Assembly: GCF_036321535.1 (NCBI RefSeq)
Contig: NC_087436.1
Coordinates: 56,050,001 to 56,114,000 of the forward strand
DNA length: 64,000 nt
Origin: Camelus dromedarius
Taxonomy: Eukaryota
Reading direction: 5' to 3'
This document shows, piece by piece, positions 39,400-51,618 of this stretch. Below the pieces are notes generated by a model, which was not told where the DNA came from, ran no database searches, and worked only from the letters and a program-made list of their open reading frames with translations. The position numbers and the translations under genes are program-made. How positions within the stretch are numbered: position 1 is the first letter of the stretch; each line of letters opens with the position of its first letter.

Positions 39400-39815
39400 G
39401 TTACACTTGAGAAGCAACAACACCAAAAAAAAAACGAGCCTCTGAGGCCCTCTCTCATCTTTCAGTGGCCCCTGCCTGGCTGTGTCCCGTCTAATCTGGT
39501 CGTGTACCGTTCTCCTTTTGCTCTGTCATGCTGGGCCCTTTGCTGTCTCTTGGCCTGTCCAAGCTGATTCCCAGTTGAAACCTCTTGGATCAGCTGTTCC
39601 CTCTCCTGGGAACACTCTCAGAGCAGAATGCTTATTCTTATTTTCTAGCCCTTTCCTGACCAGTCCCACTGAAATATCACCAGCTTCCTACTTGCTTTCT
39701 CTCCAGTTAGCTCATTTCTTTACATGTTCCCTCCACTGGAATGTAAGCTCTTTGAGGGCAAGGACTGTCTTGTTCATCATTGTGTGCCCTAAACCTAGGA
39801 AACACCTGCTGAGTT
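39400..39815 (+). mobile_element. L2 3' fragment
   Basis: tggcccctgcc...gctgttccctctcctgggaacactct...ccactggaatgtaagctctttgagggcaaggactgtcttgttcatc. Confidence 0.85.
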
Positions 39816-40344
39816 ATTAGTGTGATAAGTAGTACAGCAGGAAGCTGTACGTGGCATATATTTGTATATGTGCACGACACTCATGCGTGGGACTTCTAAG
39901 AGAAAAATAGAGGACATGCATGTCTGCATATGCTACTAATTATTCAGAATGCATGGCTAGTTGTTCTTTGTAGGATAGCTATTATTTTACCTCACCAAAA
40001 TCTTTCCAGCTGCAGATGTTAGAGGCAGAAGAGAACATACTTTGTTAAAAACAGCAGGGACCCAAGGCTTTGTAATTCAGTCTCTTTCTCTCTACCTCTG
40101 TTGTACAGTTAAGGTAAATGGGACCCCAGAGGCGACGTAGTGCACAGGGTCACGTGTTTGGTAGACTATACAAGCCATTCTCCAAACTGAACTTTTGAAT
40201 GGAAGTCGGCTGAAGATCCTTTCTGCTTATCCAGGCTGCCTTTCTTTTCTCTGCCGGGGATTAGCCATTGATCTACCTGCCGGGCATCTGTTGGTTTTGG
40301 CAGTTTCCTATACTATTTGGCTTCATATAACTGACTTATTCCGA

Positions 40345-40532
40345 AACAGTGCTTCAGAGCCCAGCTCCTGAAACAGACTGTTTGGGTTGAATCCTGACTG
40401 TGCCATTTGCTAGATCTAACATCTTAGTTAAGTAAGTTAACATGACTGTGCTTCAGTTAATTCATCCATAAAATGATGATAGTGATACTTATTATTTTCT
40501 GTGAGAATTAAATAAAATACATATATAAAACA
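40345..40532 (+). mobile_element. MIR SINE
   Basis: cagactgtttgggttgaatcctgactgtgccatttgctag...ctgtgcttcagttaattcatccataaaatg...tgtgagaattaaat. Confidence 0.85.
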
Positions 40533-42497
40533 GAGTAATTTATACCTATTTTTATAAGGTCTTTAAAACATTGATCTGTAGAGTTATTTGGATAAATAAA
40601 AATTGAGTACTAGCATATTAAACAAATAATGCCTGGCCAAAGTAATGTAGAAATTTCTTTATTAGTGAAATATCAAGTCAAGAAAAAAAACACCCTGGAC
40701 AGATTTTTTACCACTAACCAAGGAGTTCTCTTTCACCATTAATTAAATGTGAAACAATTTCAGTGTTATCTTTTGAAACACACAGTTTTAAATTTACTAT
40801 AAGGGGAGTAATAAATTCATTTGAAGTCCAGTATGGATGATTTTTATATTATGTCTTTCATTAGCAATGCCATTGCTTCCTTCCATTAAGCCGGGTAGTA
40901 AGGAGATAGACATACTTGACCGTTCAGGAAGTGGATGGAAATGCGATGAAAAAATGGAAGTCTGGTGGCTTTAGATTGAAACTAGCTCTTTTGCATCCAT
41001 TTTTGAACCAGTTTCTCAAACACTCTTGAATGTAAGCAGCCTCCATGAAGGAATGCTTCTGTGTGGTCAAAAACTAAATGTAGACATCAGGAATTCTACA
41101 TTCTAATGTTCTACTAAGTCTGTTTCCAATGGCCTGACCAGTTTTGTTTCTAATGTTTTTATTCCTCTTCTCCTTTTTAAAATCAGTTGAGTATGGCTTA
41201 AATTTAATTTCTGTCAAGTTCTTTTAGATTTTTCAAATGAGTGACTCCTTATAAACGCAAACTATCATTGTTAATTCTCAGAAGTATTATAAAAATTACT
41301 TGTGTTTGTAAAATGCCTTGAAGATGAAAACTGTGATGTAAGCACTATGTGTAAGTTTTATTTATTAAAGAAAAACATGTTAGAGCCATGTTTGCTGATG
41401 AGTGCTTTTTAAATTTCATTTCCCAAACTCCTTTGAAAAGTTCACTGAGGCATGCATGCCATGCTAGTCAGGCACTTTGGGAATCTTCTCCTTTTTGTGT
41501 GTGTTTTGTTTTCTTTACTATTAGGTCTTAAGGAATTCTAATTTTCTCTTCTTAGCCATCACCGTTACTGCCATCTAGAAACCTACGTGTAACACCTTAA
41601 ACTTGTATGCAAATAAGATTAGCTGTATATGCATTGTTGTCTTTTTCCTATAAAGAAATAAGTAGCGTTTTCTAGTCAGACTTCATTTATTAAAATTATA
41701 CTAATATTTGAGATAATTGTAAGAATATTGGGAGAGATTTTAACATCCTCCCTTGATGGTAAGTGATGTGAATGATGACTGCTAACCTGCTATTGAGAGT
41801 TAGGAAAAAGCAGTCTGTTTTGTTTTAATTTCTCACATTTAGAGAGCAAAATACTTTTTTAAATGTATGACTTAGTTCATCTTGGCTACCTCTTTTTTTG
41901 TTTGTTTTCATTCCCTTCTCTAATACTAGTGACTGAGGGGTGGAAATCCAACAGATATGTGACCTCCCACTGAAGATAATCTGTAACCTGGTGTCTTTAT
42001 TTATCACATTACTTTTATTTCTGACATCTCTGTCCATATAGCACAACAGTGAGCCTGTCTGTGATTTTTAAATCCCCAAACAGCAACACAGACAAAAGTA
42101 ACTGAAGGTAGCTATCTTGCCAAACAAAGAACGAAAGTGGCAGAAATGCCAATAAAAAGCAGAAGCAGCAACAGTTGGCCAATTGTGTGACCATAGAGAG
42201 CTGGAGGCAGGAGAGAAGTGTGAATGAGAGGGGACAATTAGCATTATGGGTGTGAAAGCTCTTGGCTTGCCCTCTCCTCCTTCTCTCTCTCTCCTTCTCT
42301 TTCCCTTTCTAATATTTCAGCCTCTGGTAAGGAGCTGGTGAAGGAGCAGTGCCATGAGATTACAAGAAAGAGATTGACATTCCATTTCTAGTGCTTGTAG
42401 GGTCACTACACACTCTGACATATGGGTTTATGTTTCCCACCCAATTAGCCAGTCAAAATGGGAATGTTCATAGTTTTAAGAAAATCCAAGTTGACAT

Positions 42498-42607
42498 CAG
42501 CATCTCCTAAATTTATTTGACCTCAGAACACTTTTTTCCCTCTGAAATGCCATTAACATCCCCCTTCTAGAGCTAGCGTTCCATAGAATGCACTTTGGGG
42601 GATGATG
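42498..42607. mobile_element. Short hAT-Charlie-type MITE remnant
   Basis: Degenerate terminal inverted repeats cagcatctcctaaa ... tttgggggatgatg; internal tagcgttccatagaatgcactttggg. Confidence 0.5.
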
Positions 42608-45600
42608 CTTTAAATAATCAAAAAAGGTTTAATTACATTTTCAACATATTGCACTAACAGGGAAGTATGTGATATGTTTTTGGGAAGTATGTGATATATT
42701 TTTGGAAAGTTTCCTTCAAAAAAAGTTCAAATAAAAATTGCTTTGTGTCTCACAGTGTATCTCTTTCATCTAGCAGAAGCTATGACTCTAACCGTATCAG
42801 ATAACTAAGGGGATGCTTGTGTGTTGTGTTAAATAAACTTTGTCTTAAAATATAAAAAAGGAAAAGAGGAAAAAAAGAAAACAAAAACTCACTTAACACT
42901 CTTCTTTTTGCTAAATGATTCCGATTTTTCTTCTGGAGTTTCTGGTTCGAATGGCCTCCGAACCCGTCCTCATGTCATCCATGCCAGCCGTGCTTATAAG
43001 TCTTTTACATTCTAGAAGCTTAGTATGTGTCATTATTTATCTGTATTTGTTGGGGCCAGCCTTGATGAGGAAGACTGTTTATAACAGACTGCTTATTGCA
43101 AGGGCCTATAAAAGAAAAACAAGCTCAACTTGGCCTGTGAACTTGGATGTGCACCAGGGATGTAGTTTTTTTCTTACTACATGACAGGGTAGAAGGAGAC
43201 TGAAATTATTGTTAGGAGTTTTTGAGGACTGAGGGATTAAAAACAAAGCTACCTTGTATCGTCTTCACTTGGGGAGAAGGAAAGACAGCATTTGGGGTTG
43301 ACCTAGTACTACATAATGGCCCTCAGTTTTTTGCTCACTGTTTATGGATGATAAAAGGAGAAGATATCTGTAGATCACTTCTGGAAAACAATATTTTCAG
43401 AAACCAGAACTGCTATTTGCAAATTTTCAAATCAATCAGTCAATAAAAGCAGCTGTTTTAGAAGCTGTGTACATGGTGAGCATTTCTATTCCAGCACATC
43501 TCAGATAATGTGTGCCTAGATGCCTTAGATGCAAAATGCAGATAATAAGAACATACCTATCTCTTGAGGATGTTTGAGTGATAACTATATTTTTGCTTTC
43601 ATCATTTATCAGTGAAAAGTCAACAGCATTTTTCACAAATTGTATTTTTTTCTGGTTTAAGTAATATATTTTTCTTTATACTGTACTTTTAAATATATTT
43701 TTATGATCTTTCATTTACAGATATTTTTAAAAAGAGACTTTTACCTGGTTGAATTATTGACTAAGAGGGTATCTATTCTCAATAATCTTGACTCCAGAGC
43801 TACCAGAATTCGTTCTTCTAATCTTCACTGCTAACTACTGATATGTGGTTTGAGGGGGAGCTTTGTTTTAATAGAGGAAGGAGAGGTATGATTTTGATTT
43901 TTCACTAGTATTAGTTTAAAGTGGTCACGGAAACTTCAAGTTCAAGTCTGGGGCCATCCACAAGAGAAATGACTTGTTAAAAATAGAGCAATCCCTGGCA
44001 GAACAAATTTTACTTCTTAGTTATGTTGGTTGATTCCTCGAAAACTCTGATTTAATCGAACAGTGCCCATTGTCTGTAAATGAAGTTCTTTTGTTGCAGT
44101 TTCTTTTACCATGGGTTTTGTTATAGTGATAGAAAAGAAAATCCAGATGGATTATTAATGAATTTAGAAACATGAATTTGCAAAGCTTACCTGCAACTCT
44201 GCGTTTATTTCTACACCCAAATAAACTCCATCTAAATTGTGAAATGAATCACTCTGAAGTCCTAGGCTCTAATAAGGATCCTGCCACTCTATTTTATTTC
44301 TTTTGATGCTGTAAAACAATTTAGCAAAGTTTTCTTAGTTGAGCTTTGGCTTTTATTACAGAATCATAGGGTATCACATGAGACCTTACCTTCACCCTGT
44401 AGCATTCCAGTGACTGGCTCCAGCTTATTCAACTTCTTTGCTAAATTGCCATGTTGCAGGGAAGCTAATTGCAGTTCTATATGGGACTGGCTCTTATTAT
44501 CTACTCTACCCATTCATTACAAAATACAGCGGTCTCTATGCTAATCAAAATTTTTCAGTATTTTATTTTATAGTTTCTTGCTTTACCATCTCTATGTGGG
44601 AGAGAAGTACTATATTGTTTATTTATTAAAGATTTTTTTATCACATCTTCAAAATTCTCAATTTTTTTTCCTAGTGCTACAAGTTCTTAATACAATATGT
44701 CACAGAAAAAAGACAGGCTTTTATTTCCTCATTTTTATGATACTATTATTTATGAATCTTCAATAAATAAAAATATTGAACTTAATAATTAAAAATCTCC
44801 TGCATTTTTTGAATCCTTGAGAATTTTAGATTATACAAAAAGAACTATGGTCATAAAATACCACCAGTTCAAATATTCAGGGCCATCTAACTATGAATTT
44901 TTTATATTTTATTTAAAATATTAAAAATTAGAATTGACATGATACATTTAGGTAAATTTCACAATTAGAGCTGCATAATTTATTCACATCAATATTAGAC
45001 CTATATTTGATGTTCAGCCATGCTTTTATTCACTTTAAAATGGTTTCTGTTCTGCTTAATTGGTTTGGATTTGCTCTGTCAGCTTTTTCCCCTTTATTCC
45101 CTTTGTGAGAAAGTTGCAAACCTGCCGTTTTACATTGTTTCTGTTGTTGTTTTTTTTGCAAAAATCCAAGTCCGATTAAAAGCAGTTTATTCAGTGTATG
45201 AGCACTTCAAAAAATATTTCCTGCCTTCACTGAAGCATTATGAAAGTCCCATGATATATTCTTCATAGAAAATAGGCACTAGAAAATACATAAACCATGA
45301 AATTCTGTTAAAGATCATTATTTCTAAAGATGATAATATTGACTGTGTTCTAGAAAAATAGAGCATAATTTCTTGGGGACACCTCCCCACGCACCCATCA
45401 TTAATTGGATGGGTAACTGTATTTTTATTGGCTTTAGATCAGTTAGCACTCTTCTAGTATATACTGATAAAATATTCTGTTATCCTAGTAGCTTGACAGT
45501 GTCCATGTAAGTCTGAGTTGTTCTTAGAGTTAATTAACAGAAACAACCTAGAGTCGTTTGTCATGAGTGATCAGTCTTCACATTTTTAGCAAGATGAATG

Positions 45601-46137
45601 CTTCAAAAATGCCCAAGCAAAAGCCAGGCTATTCATCCAAAGCTGTTTCTGTAGTTATTTGTATATCTTTGCAATATTCAGTGTAATATTTGAACAATCA
45701 TTGTGGTTACAATTTGCCTTTAATTTCATAATTGTGGGTTTTCCCCCCCACTTTCTTATCCTGAAGAATCTTTTCTAGCTTTAAAAAAGTTTTGGAGTTC
45801 ACCTCCAAGAAAATAAATTCATGGACTTTTTGAAGATACTATTATGTAATAGAGGAGGTTTTTTTTTCAATTTTAGAGAAATAGACTATGGGTTATATTT
45901 TTTAGTCCACTAGTTAATGATTCCTATAGTTAATTTTCTCTTTGGATTTTTTTACCATCAAAGAAATTATAATTTCTTATATCCCTAATTACTAACCAAT
46001 TTTGCAAATGCATAATCACAGGAAATTGTTAGAATAAAAATTATTTTAAGTTAAATCTGCATTTACTATCATAAAGCAGTTTTAAATTATGGAGAGGTGA
46101 TTCATAAAAATCACACAAATAACAATGAGAAATTATA

Positions 46138-46744
46138 CAATCAGTTCTGCTACAACACGACATATATGTTCCTAACATTCAGCTCTCTATGCAAAATCAT
46201 GAAATAAAAACCACAGGCATTTATGGGAAAAAGGAGTTTGGGGCATAACACTCAAAACTTGAATTAGGCACACACACATGCAAAGATAGAAACCTAATAA
46301 AAACGGTAGCATAGTTTTACTCGTGTAAATGGTTAGGAAATACATAAATGCTGCAATAAATATGGATTTTACCTTGAAAGAGATGTGACGTTTGCTTATG
46401 GAACAGTTGTAGCTTGAGAGTTATTGTGAAGAGGTAGAAGGAGGGTTATCTGAAATCTGATAGGAAACTCTAGCACCAGACTTGAATGGGTGTGGTTCTT
46501 AACACATGTTCACCTGTGGTGAGCTGAAGGAGCCCGTAGATGTTTGAGGGTCACTGTGTTTGTGTATGTGTGCATTTTGTGAATTCCCTTGTATCCAGTA
46601 CAGTTGAGTGTGGTTTTCTTTGTTCATCTGTTGTTTGTCACATGCAAAATAATGCATAATCAAATGGGAAATATGTGTCACACTCAAATTATTTCCTCTT
46701 GGGAATTTGCATTTTCAAAATGAGAGTTATAGCAGAGCTGACTA
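46138..46744. mobile_element. TcMar-Tigger DNA transposon derivative (Tigger13-like), both ends present
   Basis: TIRs caatcagttctgctacaac ... gttatagcagagctgacta, flanked by TA TSDs (46136-46137 and 46745-46746); no transposase ORF. Confidence 0.88.
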
Positions 46745-47629
46745 TACATTTGAAAGATAGTCACACTAACTTTCTAATTGAGGATAATGAGCTTTACAGT
46801 AAAAACAGGTGACTGTTCAATATTGTCAAAAACATCAGTGTAATCTATATGCAACATTTAAATTTTTCCATCTACTGTTATGCAAAATTGAACTTCAAAT
46901 TCTCTGTCCAACTGGATTCAGTCATTCAAATGTGTTTTGCACTGAAAAGTAGTATCTCACCTGGAAGAGATATCAGAATTGGGAAGACCACTGAGTAGTC
47001 TTGTAACATTTAAAAATCTTCTGTTTGGCTGCTTTCTTGCACTCTGTCTCTGCAGTTGGTGCTTACCATACCAGTCAGCACAAGTAAACATGGGATTCTC
47101 TAATCATTTACAGAATGAAAGGACTAAATGAAAATATGGGCCATGCAAAATTTATTCAACCTGTCCTATTTCCTGTCTTACATTTTTCTGCAAGAGCAAG
47201 AATCTCCTGTGATGAGTGTCTACACTCAGAGAAGTTAACAAATGTTGGAGGGAATGGGCTTGGACAGACTTCAGTGCTTCTGTGGCCCTTGCAATGTGCT
47301 TTCACATTCTGGAGCTAGACTCCAGTGCACAGAGTGGAAAAATAATAAGCTCTTTGTGCTGAAACTTCACAGTCACTGTGGGATATTCAAGAAGGGGACC
47401 AATGGGGAGAAAGATAATATAGTCATAGCTTTGAACTTGTCCTGGATTTTACTTGCTATAAACCAAGTGAAAGTCACTCTGACATCTTATTATTACTAGC
47501 TCTTTCTCCGTGTGCGAAAAAGTGCTCCACAGTCCACGTTGATAAAAGTGAGAGGGAGTTCACACATGAGAGAGAAGGTGGTCCTGAATTTAGTGTGTAG
47601 AAGAAGTATAGTAAGGCTAAGATCTACTC

Positions 47630-47880
47630 TAAGCCTCAGCTTGGAGGCCACTTTCAATGGCAAGTCTTTCCTACTCCTCTGATCCAAGATAGGCACCCCT
47701 TTTTTCATTCCCAAAGCACTTTTCAGGCTGTAGTGTATTTCTTTGTTTCCTGTTTTCCTTTATGGAATGAGGTCAGAAACATTTTTGTCTCACTCCCTAA
47801 TAAATGCCCCTGTTATTAATTGCTTAGTTAATTGTCTGGGGCAGAGTAGGTGCTTAGTAAACACATACGATTGAATGGAT
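47630..47880 (+). mobile_element. L2 3' end fragment
   Basis: ctcagcttggaggccactttc...aagtctttcct...gcagagtaggtgcttagtaaac...ttgaatggat. Confidence 0.6.
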
Positions 47881-48009
47881 ATGCACTGGAACTCCAAGGC
47901 TTACTGTCTAAAGAAGGAAAAAAAAAAACATACAAATTGGCTGAAAAATAAGATGGCTCATTATTACAGAATGAATTCGTGTCTAAGAAAGAGCAATCAG
48001 AGACTATAA

Positions 48010-48465
48010 TTCATTTGGTTAGCAGTTATCTGCTGGGTGCCTGCTGTGTTTCACTATGTTAGATGACATAGTGAATCAGGCCCCACATCATGGAGCATGT
48101 AGTCCAGTGTAGCACATAAACATTAAATGAAGAAAATATAAACAAATGTGTAATTTGAATTTTGGTAAGAATGACTACAGAGCATAACTGGGAAGACATA
48201 ATCTACATGAGCAGGCAGTAAGGGCATTTTTCAGGAGGTGATATTTAAAAGTGACAGCTGAAGAAAGAGGAGGGGCCAAAAAAAGGATTAACCTGTGCAC
48301 AGGCTGTGAAGGTAACAGGAGCTCAGCTCGTGTGAGAAAAAGAAAGAAGGCTGGTGAAACTGGAGATGAGTGAGCTAGAGATGTTGGACTGGAGTTGTGG
48401 TTAGAGAAACAGACTGGAGCCAGCTTATACTTGGTGTAGAGGGTTTGGATTTTAATCAGGATTTG
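48010..48465 (-). mobile_element. L2 fragment
   Basis: gggtgcctgctgtgt...catcatggagcatgtagtccagt...aggaggtgatattta...aagaaggctggtgaaactggag...gtttggattttaatc. Confidence 0.75.
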
Positions 48466-48489
48466 GTGCATTCATTTGTCGAAGTATAG

Positions 48490-48797
48490 TGAATTTTAAT
48501 TTAGTGTGTGTGAAATCTATTTTGTGTAAATGTTGCATAAAAATCTAAATAAATATTGAACTCTAGTTGATGATATACATTCTTAAATATTTAGGGGAAA
48601 GTGTACTGGGTTCTGTAATTTACTTTGAAATGCATCCAAAACATAAGATTGATTGATAGAGGAATAGATAGGTGTATAGAAATGTGTTTAAAGTTACTAG
48701 TAAAATCTAGGTGGTGGATTCATAGATATTTACTATAAAATTCCTTCAACGTTGCTGTATGTTTGTATTAATATTCATAATAAAATGTTGGGAAAAG
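48490..48797 (+). mobile_element. Old L1 (L1MC4/5-like) 3' end
   Basis: tatttaggggaaagtgtactgggttctgtaatttactttgaaatgcat...aatctaggtggtgg...tgctgtatgtttg...ttcataataaaatgttgggaaaa. Confidence 0.85.
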
Positions 48798-50779
48798 TAA
48801 GGGAATGCTCAAAAATGATAATAATAAGGAAAGACATAATAATCATGCAAAATCTCACAACCAAACAGGAAAGGATTATTCTAACATATGACCATTTGAT
48901 TCTTTTCTTATGAATTTTTATTTTTATAGAATTGGTACCTGCTTTTATGATAATAAGTATATCTCATAGCTCTAAAAAAAACCTTTCAAATTATTTGCAT
49001 AATTTACATCACTTAAACTATCAAGTCTTTTGACATGATATTTCTTTGAATAAGTAAAAAGACAAATCTGTTAGACTAGACCTCATCAATCCTCAACTGT
49101 CCGCCAGCACCTGTCAGTCCAGCAGAAAGGAAATGAACAGACTCGAGTCTGTTCGTGTGATCAGCTATCTGCAGAAGATTCTACTTTAATTTTTTTTTCA
49201 AGTTTCTGTTTGACTTCAATGACATAAAAGAAAGAACTATTGTTTCTTTGAAAGTGTGCCCAAGAGTCCTGGTGTACTTAGTAGTTTGGCTTCTAACCTG
49301 TCTGTAAAACTTTAAGTAGCATAATTCCAAGGCTGTGAAACAGAGATTACTCTTTTCCTTGATGAGTTGTTACCCACCACGAGCATTTCACTGATAAATT
49401 AGTGCATCACAGAATCACATCAGAAACCTTGTGCCTGATCTCCCTGTGTTTTCAATAAAAACATTTCCCTTTTATTGATGTTTGTTCTTATTGACCCTTT
49501 GAGGTCAGAAGACAGAGTTTCTTTATTAAATCAGTAAATCAGAGGTGTTTAATTGGCTCTAGAAACTTCTGAGTGGTTTTGGCCTATTCCAGCCCCAAAC
49601 AGTGTTCTGACCAACCACTGTGAATTCTGCTTTTCCAAGAAGGTAGGGGGTGAGAGATTATAACAGGCTCTGTGTAAGTAGTCCGTCACTTACTGCCTTC
49701 AAAGCACCGATTTTCTTGGTGTAGGCAAAATGCCAAAATCAACGTTTCTGTCACACATAAAGAAATAGTTTAGTGTGTAGAAAACGATATGGTTATTTCC
49801 CTTTTTCTGAAAAGCCATCAGGCATTTAAAAAATAAAGTATGTGATATGCTTTACAGAGGAACTTATTTTTATTCTCCATGTTACATTGAAGATAATTAG
49901 ATGATTGTTGGCGTTAGCAACTGTGCTAAGATCAATTATATGGCAGGAACAATGAAAGCAGACCTTCAAAATGAGAGCAAAAGGCCTGGAGTCTATGAGA
50001 AATTGCTAAGAATCCTTTCAGGGTGGCACCATTGCTAATTAAAACCTGAGAGACAACACCAAAATTGTTCAGGAAACACAGATACCCATTGCAGAACCAA
50101 CCTTGAAGGTCATTCCAATTTCTAAACTATCTCCATTGAAATTTGAGTTTTACAAAATGTCTCCAGAGTTGCATAACCTCATTTATACTCATTTCCTTTT
50201 ATATCTTTTTCATTTGGTTCCCTTGGTTTTCTGTGCTTGTGCTTGACATCATTATTACTTGATATGGGGCACTGAGAAGTGAGGGAAGCAAGTTGTTCAG
50301 AAATTGTGCCTGTGGCAAGTATTTCTAGTCTGGAGAATGTAGCCTCATTTATTATCATCATTATCACTAAAAAGCTATAGGTCAGGAGTGTCTTAAGTCC
50401 CCGGTGTTTCTGCATTGTCTACAAAATTGGGGTTAATTAAAATGTCTCTTTTAAAAGTACTTCTCTTGAATACACACACGCACACAAGCACACACACGCG
50501 CAAACACACATTTTTGCTCCAGTCTTCCTTAAAGGAGTCATTATTCTATGTCTTGCAGAGAGGAATAGAATTGACATGTATAGGGTATTATTTCATTTTT
50601 CTAGACTAGAAAAGGAAGAAAATCATATAGAGAATTGTGATTTTTGAGATAAGAGATGGTTCTATCCCCCTGTAAAGGCTAGATTCCATTTTTTAAATAA
50701 TATGTTTTTGAATCATTACTCTTATTCTTGATATTTTAAAATGACAAAAATATCTTCAGTCTGTGCTTTCAAAGTTCTG

Positions 50780-50956
50780 CAAAGAATATAGCCTCTGATG
50801 TGAAGATGGATTCGTATTATCTGGGAAGTTTATTTATGAAGTGCAGCTTTCTCAGCTCCATTCCTAGAGATTTTGATTCCTTAGGACAATGGTTTCAACA
50901 AACCTCTGAAGAGATTCTGGTGCATGTGACCTTTGGACACATTTTGAAAACTTCTG
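50780..50956. mobile_element. hAT-Charlie MITE (MER5-like), decayed
   Basis: tatctgggaagttt...gtgcagctttctcagctccattcctagagattttgattc...gattctggtgca...acattttgaaaacttctg. Confidence 0.6.
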
Positions 50957-50999
50957 TTTACATCATCACTCTAGAGCGTTATGAGGGCAAGTGAGGGGT

Positions 51000-51618
51000 G
51001 CCATTCACCTGCACAAGAGGGGAACCTAACTTGACGTGCTAAGTAGTACTGGATTCAAGCTGAGTACTGAAGGCTGGGTGGGAGTTACCTAGTCAGGCAG
51101 TTGGGATTAATTGGAGTGAGAAGGTGAGGACATTTTATTTTTTTTAATTTTTTTAACATTTTTTATTGATTTATAATCATTTTACAATGTTGTGTCAAAT
51201 TCCAGTGTTCAGCACAATTTTTCAGTCATTCATCGACATATACACACTCATTGTCACATTTTTTTCTCTGTGAGTTATCATAACATTCTGTGTATATTTC
51301 CCTGTGCTATACAGTGTAATCTTGTTTATCTATTCTACAATTTTGAAATCCCAGTCTATCCCTTCCCACCCTCCACCCCCCGGTAACCACAAGTCTGTAT
51401 TCTCTGAGGACATTTTAGATATAAATAAATTCAAGTGCAAAGACTTAGGTGCTCGAGGGAAAATGGTGCTTTCCAGGGTCCACAAATAGATCCATCCAGA
51501 TAAAGTATGCTGTATGAGTGGCTGAGGAGGCGGGATATAAAGATGAATCTGGAGAAGTGAGTTGAGATCAGATTACAGAGTACTTGTAGCCAGCTCAAGG
51601 ATTTAGGGCTACATCCTG
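51000..51618 (-). mobile_element. L2 fragment, interrupted by a young L1
   Basis: aagctgagtactgaaggctgggtgggagtta...[L1]...caagtgcaaagac...gatgaatctggagaagtgag...gatcagatta...aaggatttagggct. Confidence 0.7.
51138..51404 (-). mobile_element. Young, 5'-truncated L1 3' end (camelid-type)
   Basis: T-rich tail, then ttttattgatttataatcattttacaatgttgtgtcaaattccagtgttcagcac...tttccctgtgctatacag...ggtaaccacaagtctgtattct; perfect TSD tgaggacatttta (51125-51137 / 51405-51417). Confidence 0.92.

Noticed and set aside
39482..39820. 112-aa ORF with a signal-peptide-like N-terminus
   Set aside because: It lies entirely within a decayed L2 3' region, starts at GTG, and its hydrophobicity comes from pyrimidine-rich sequence.
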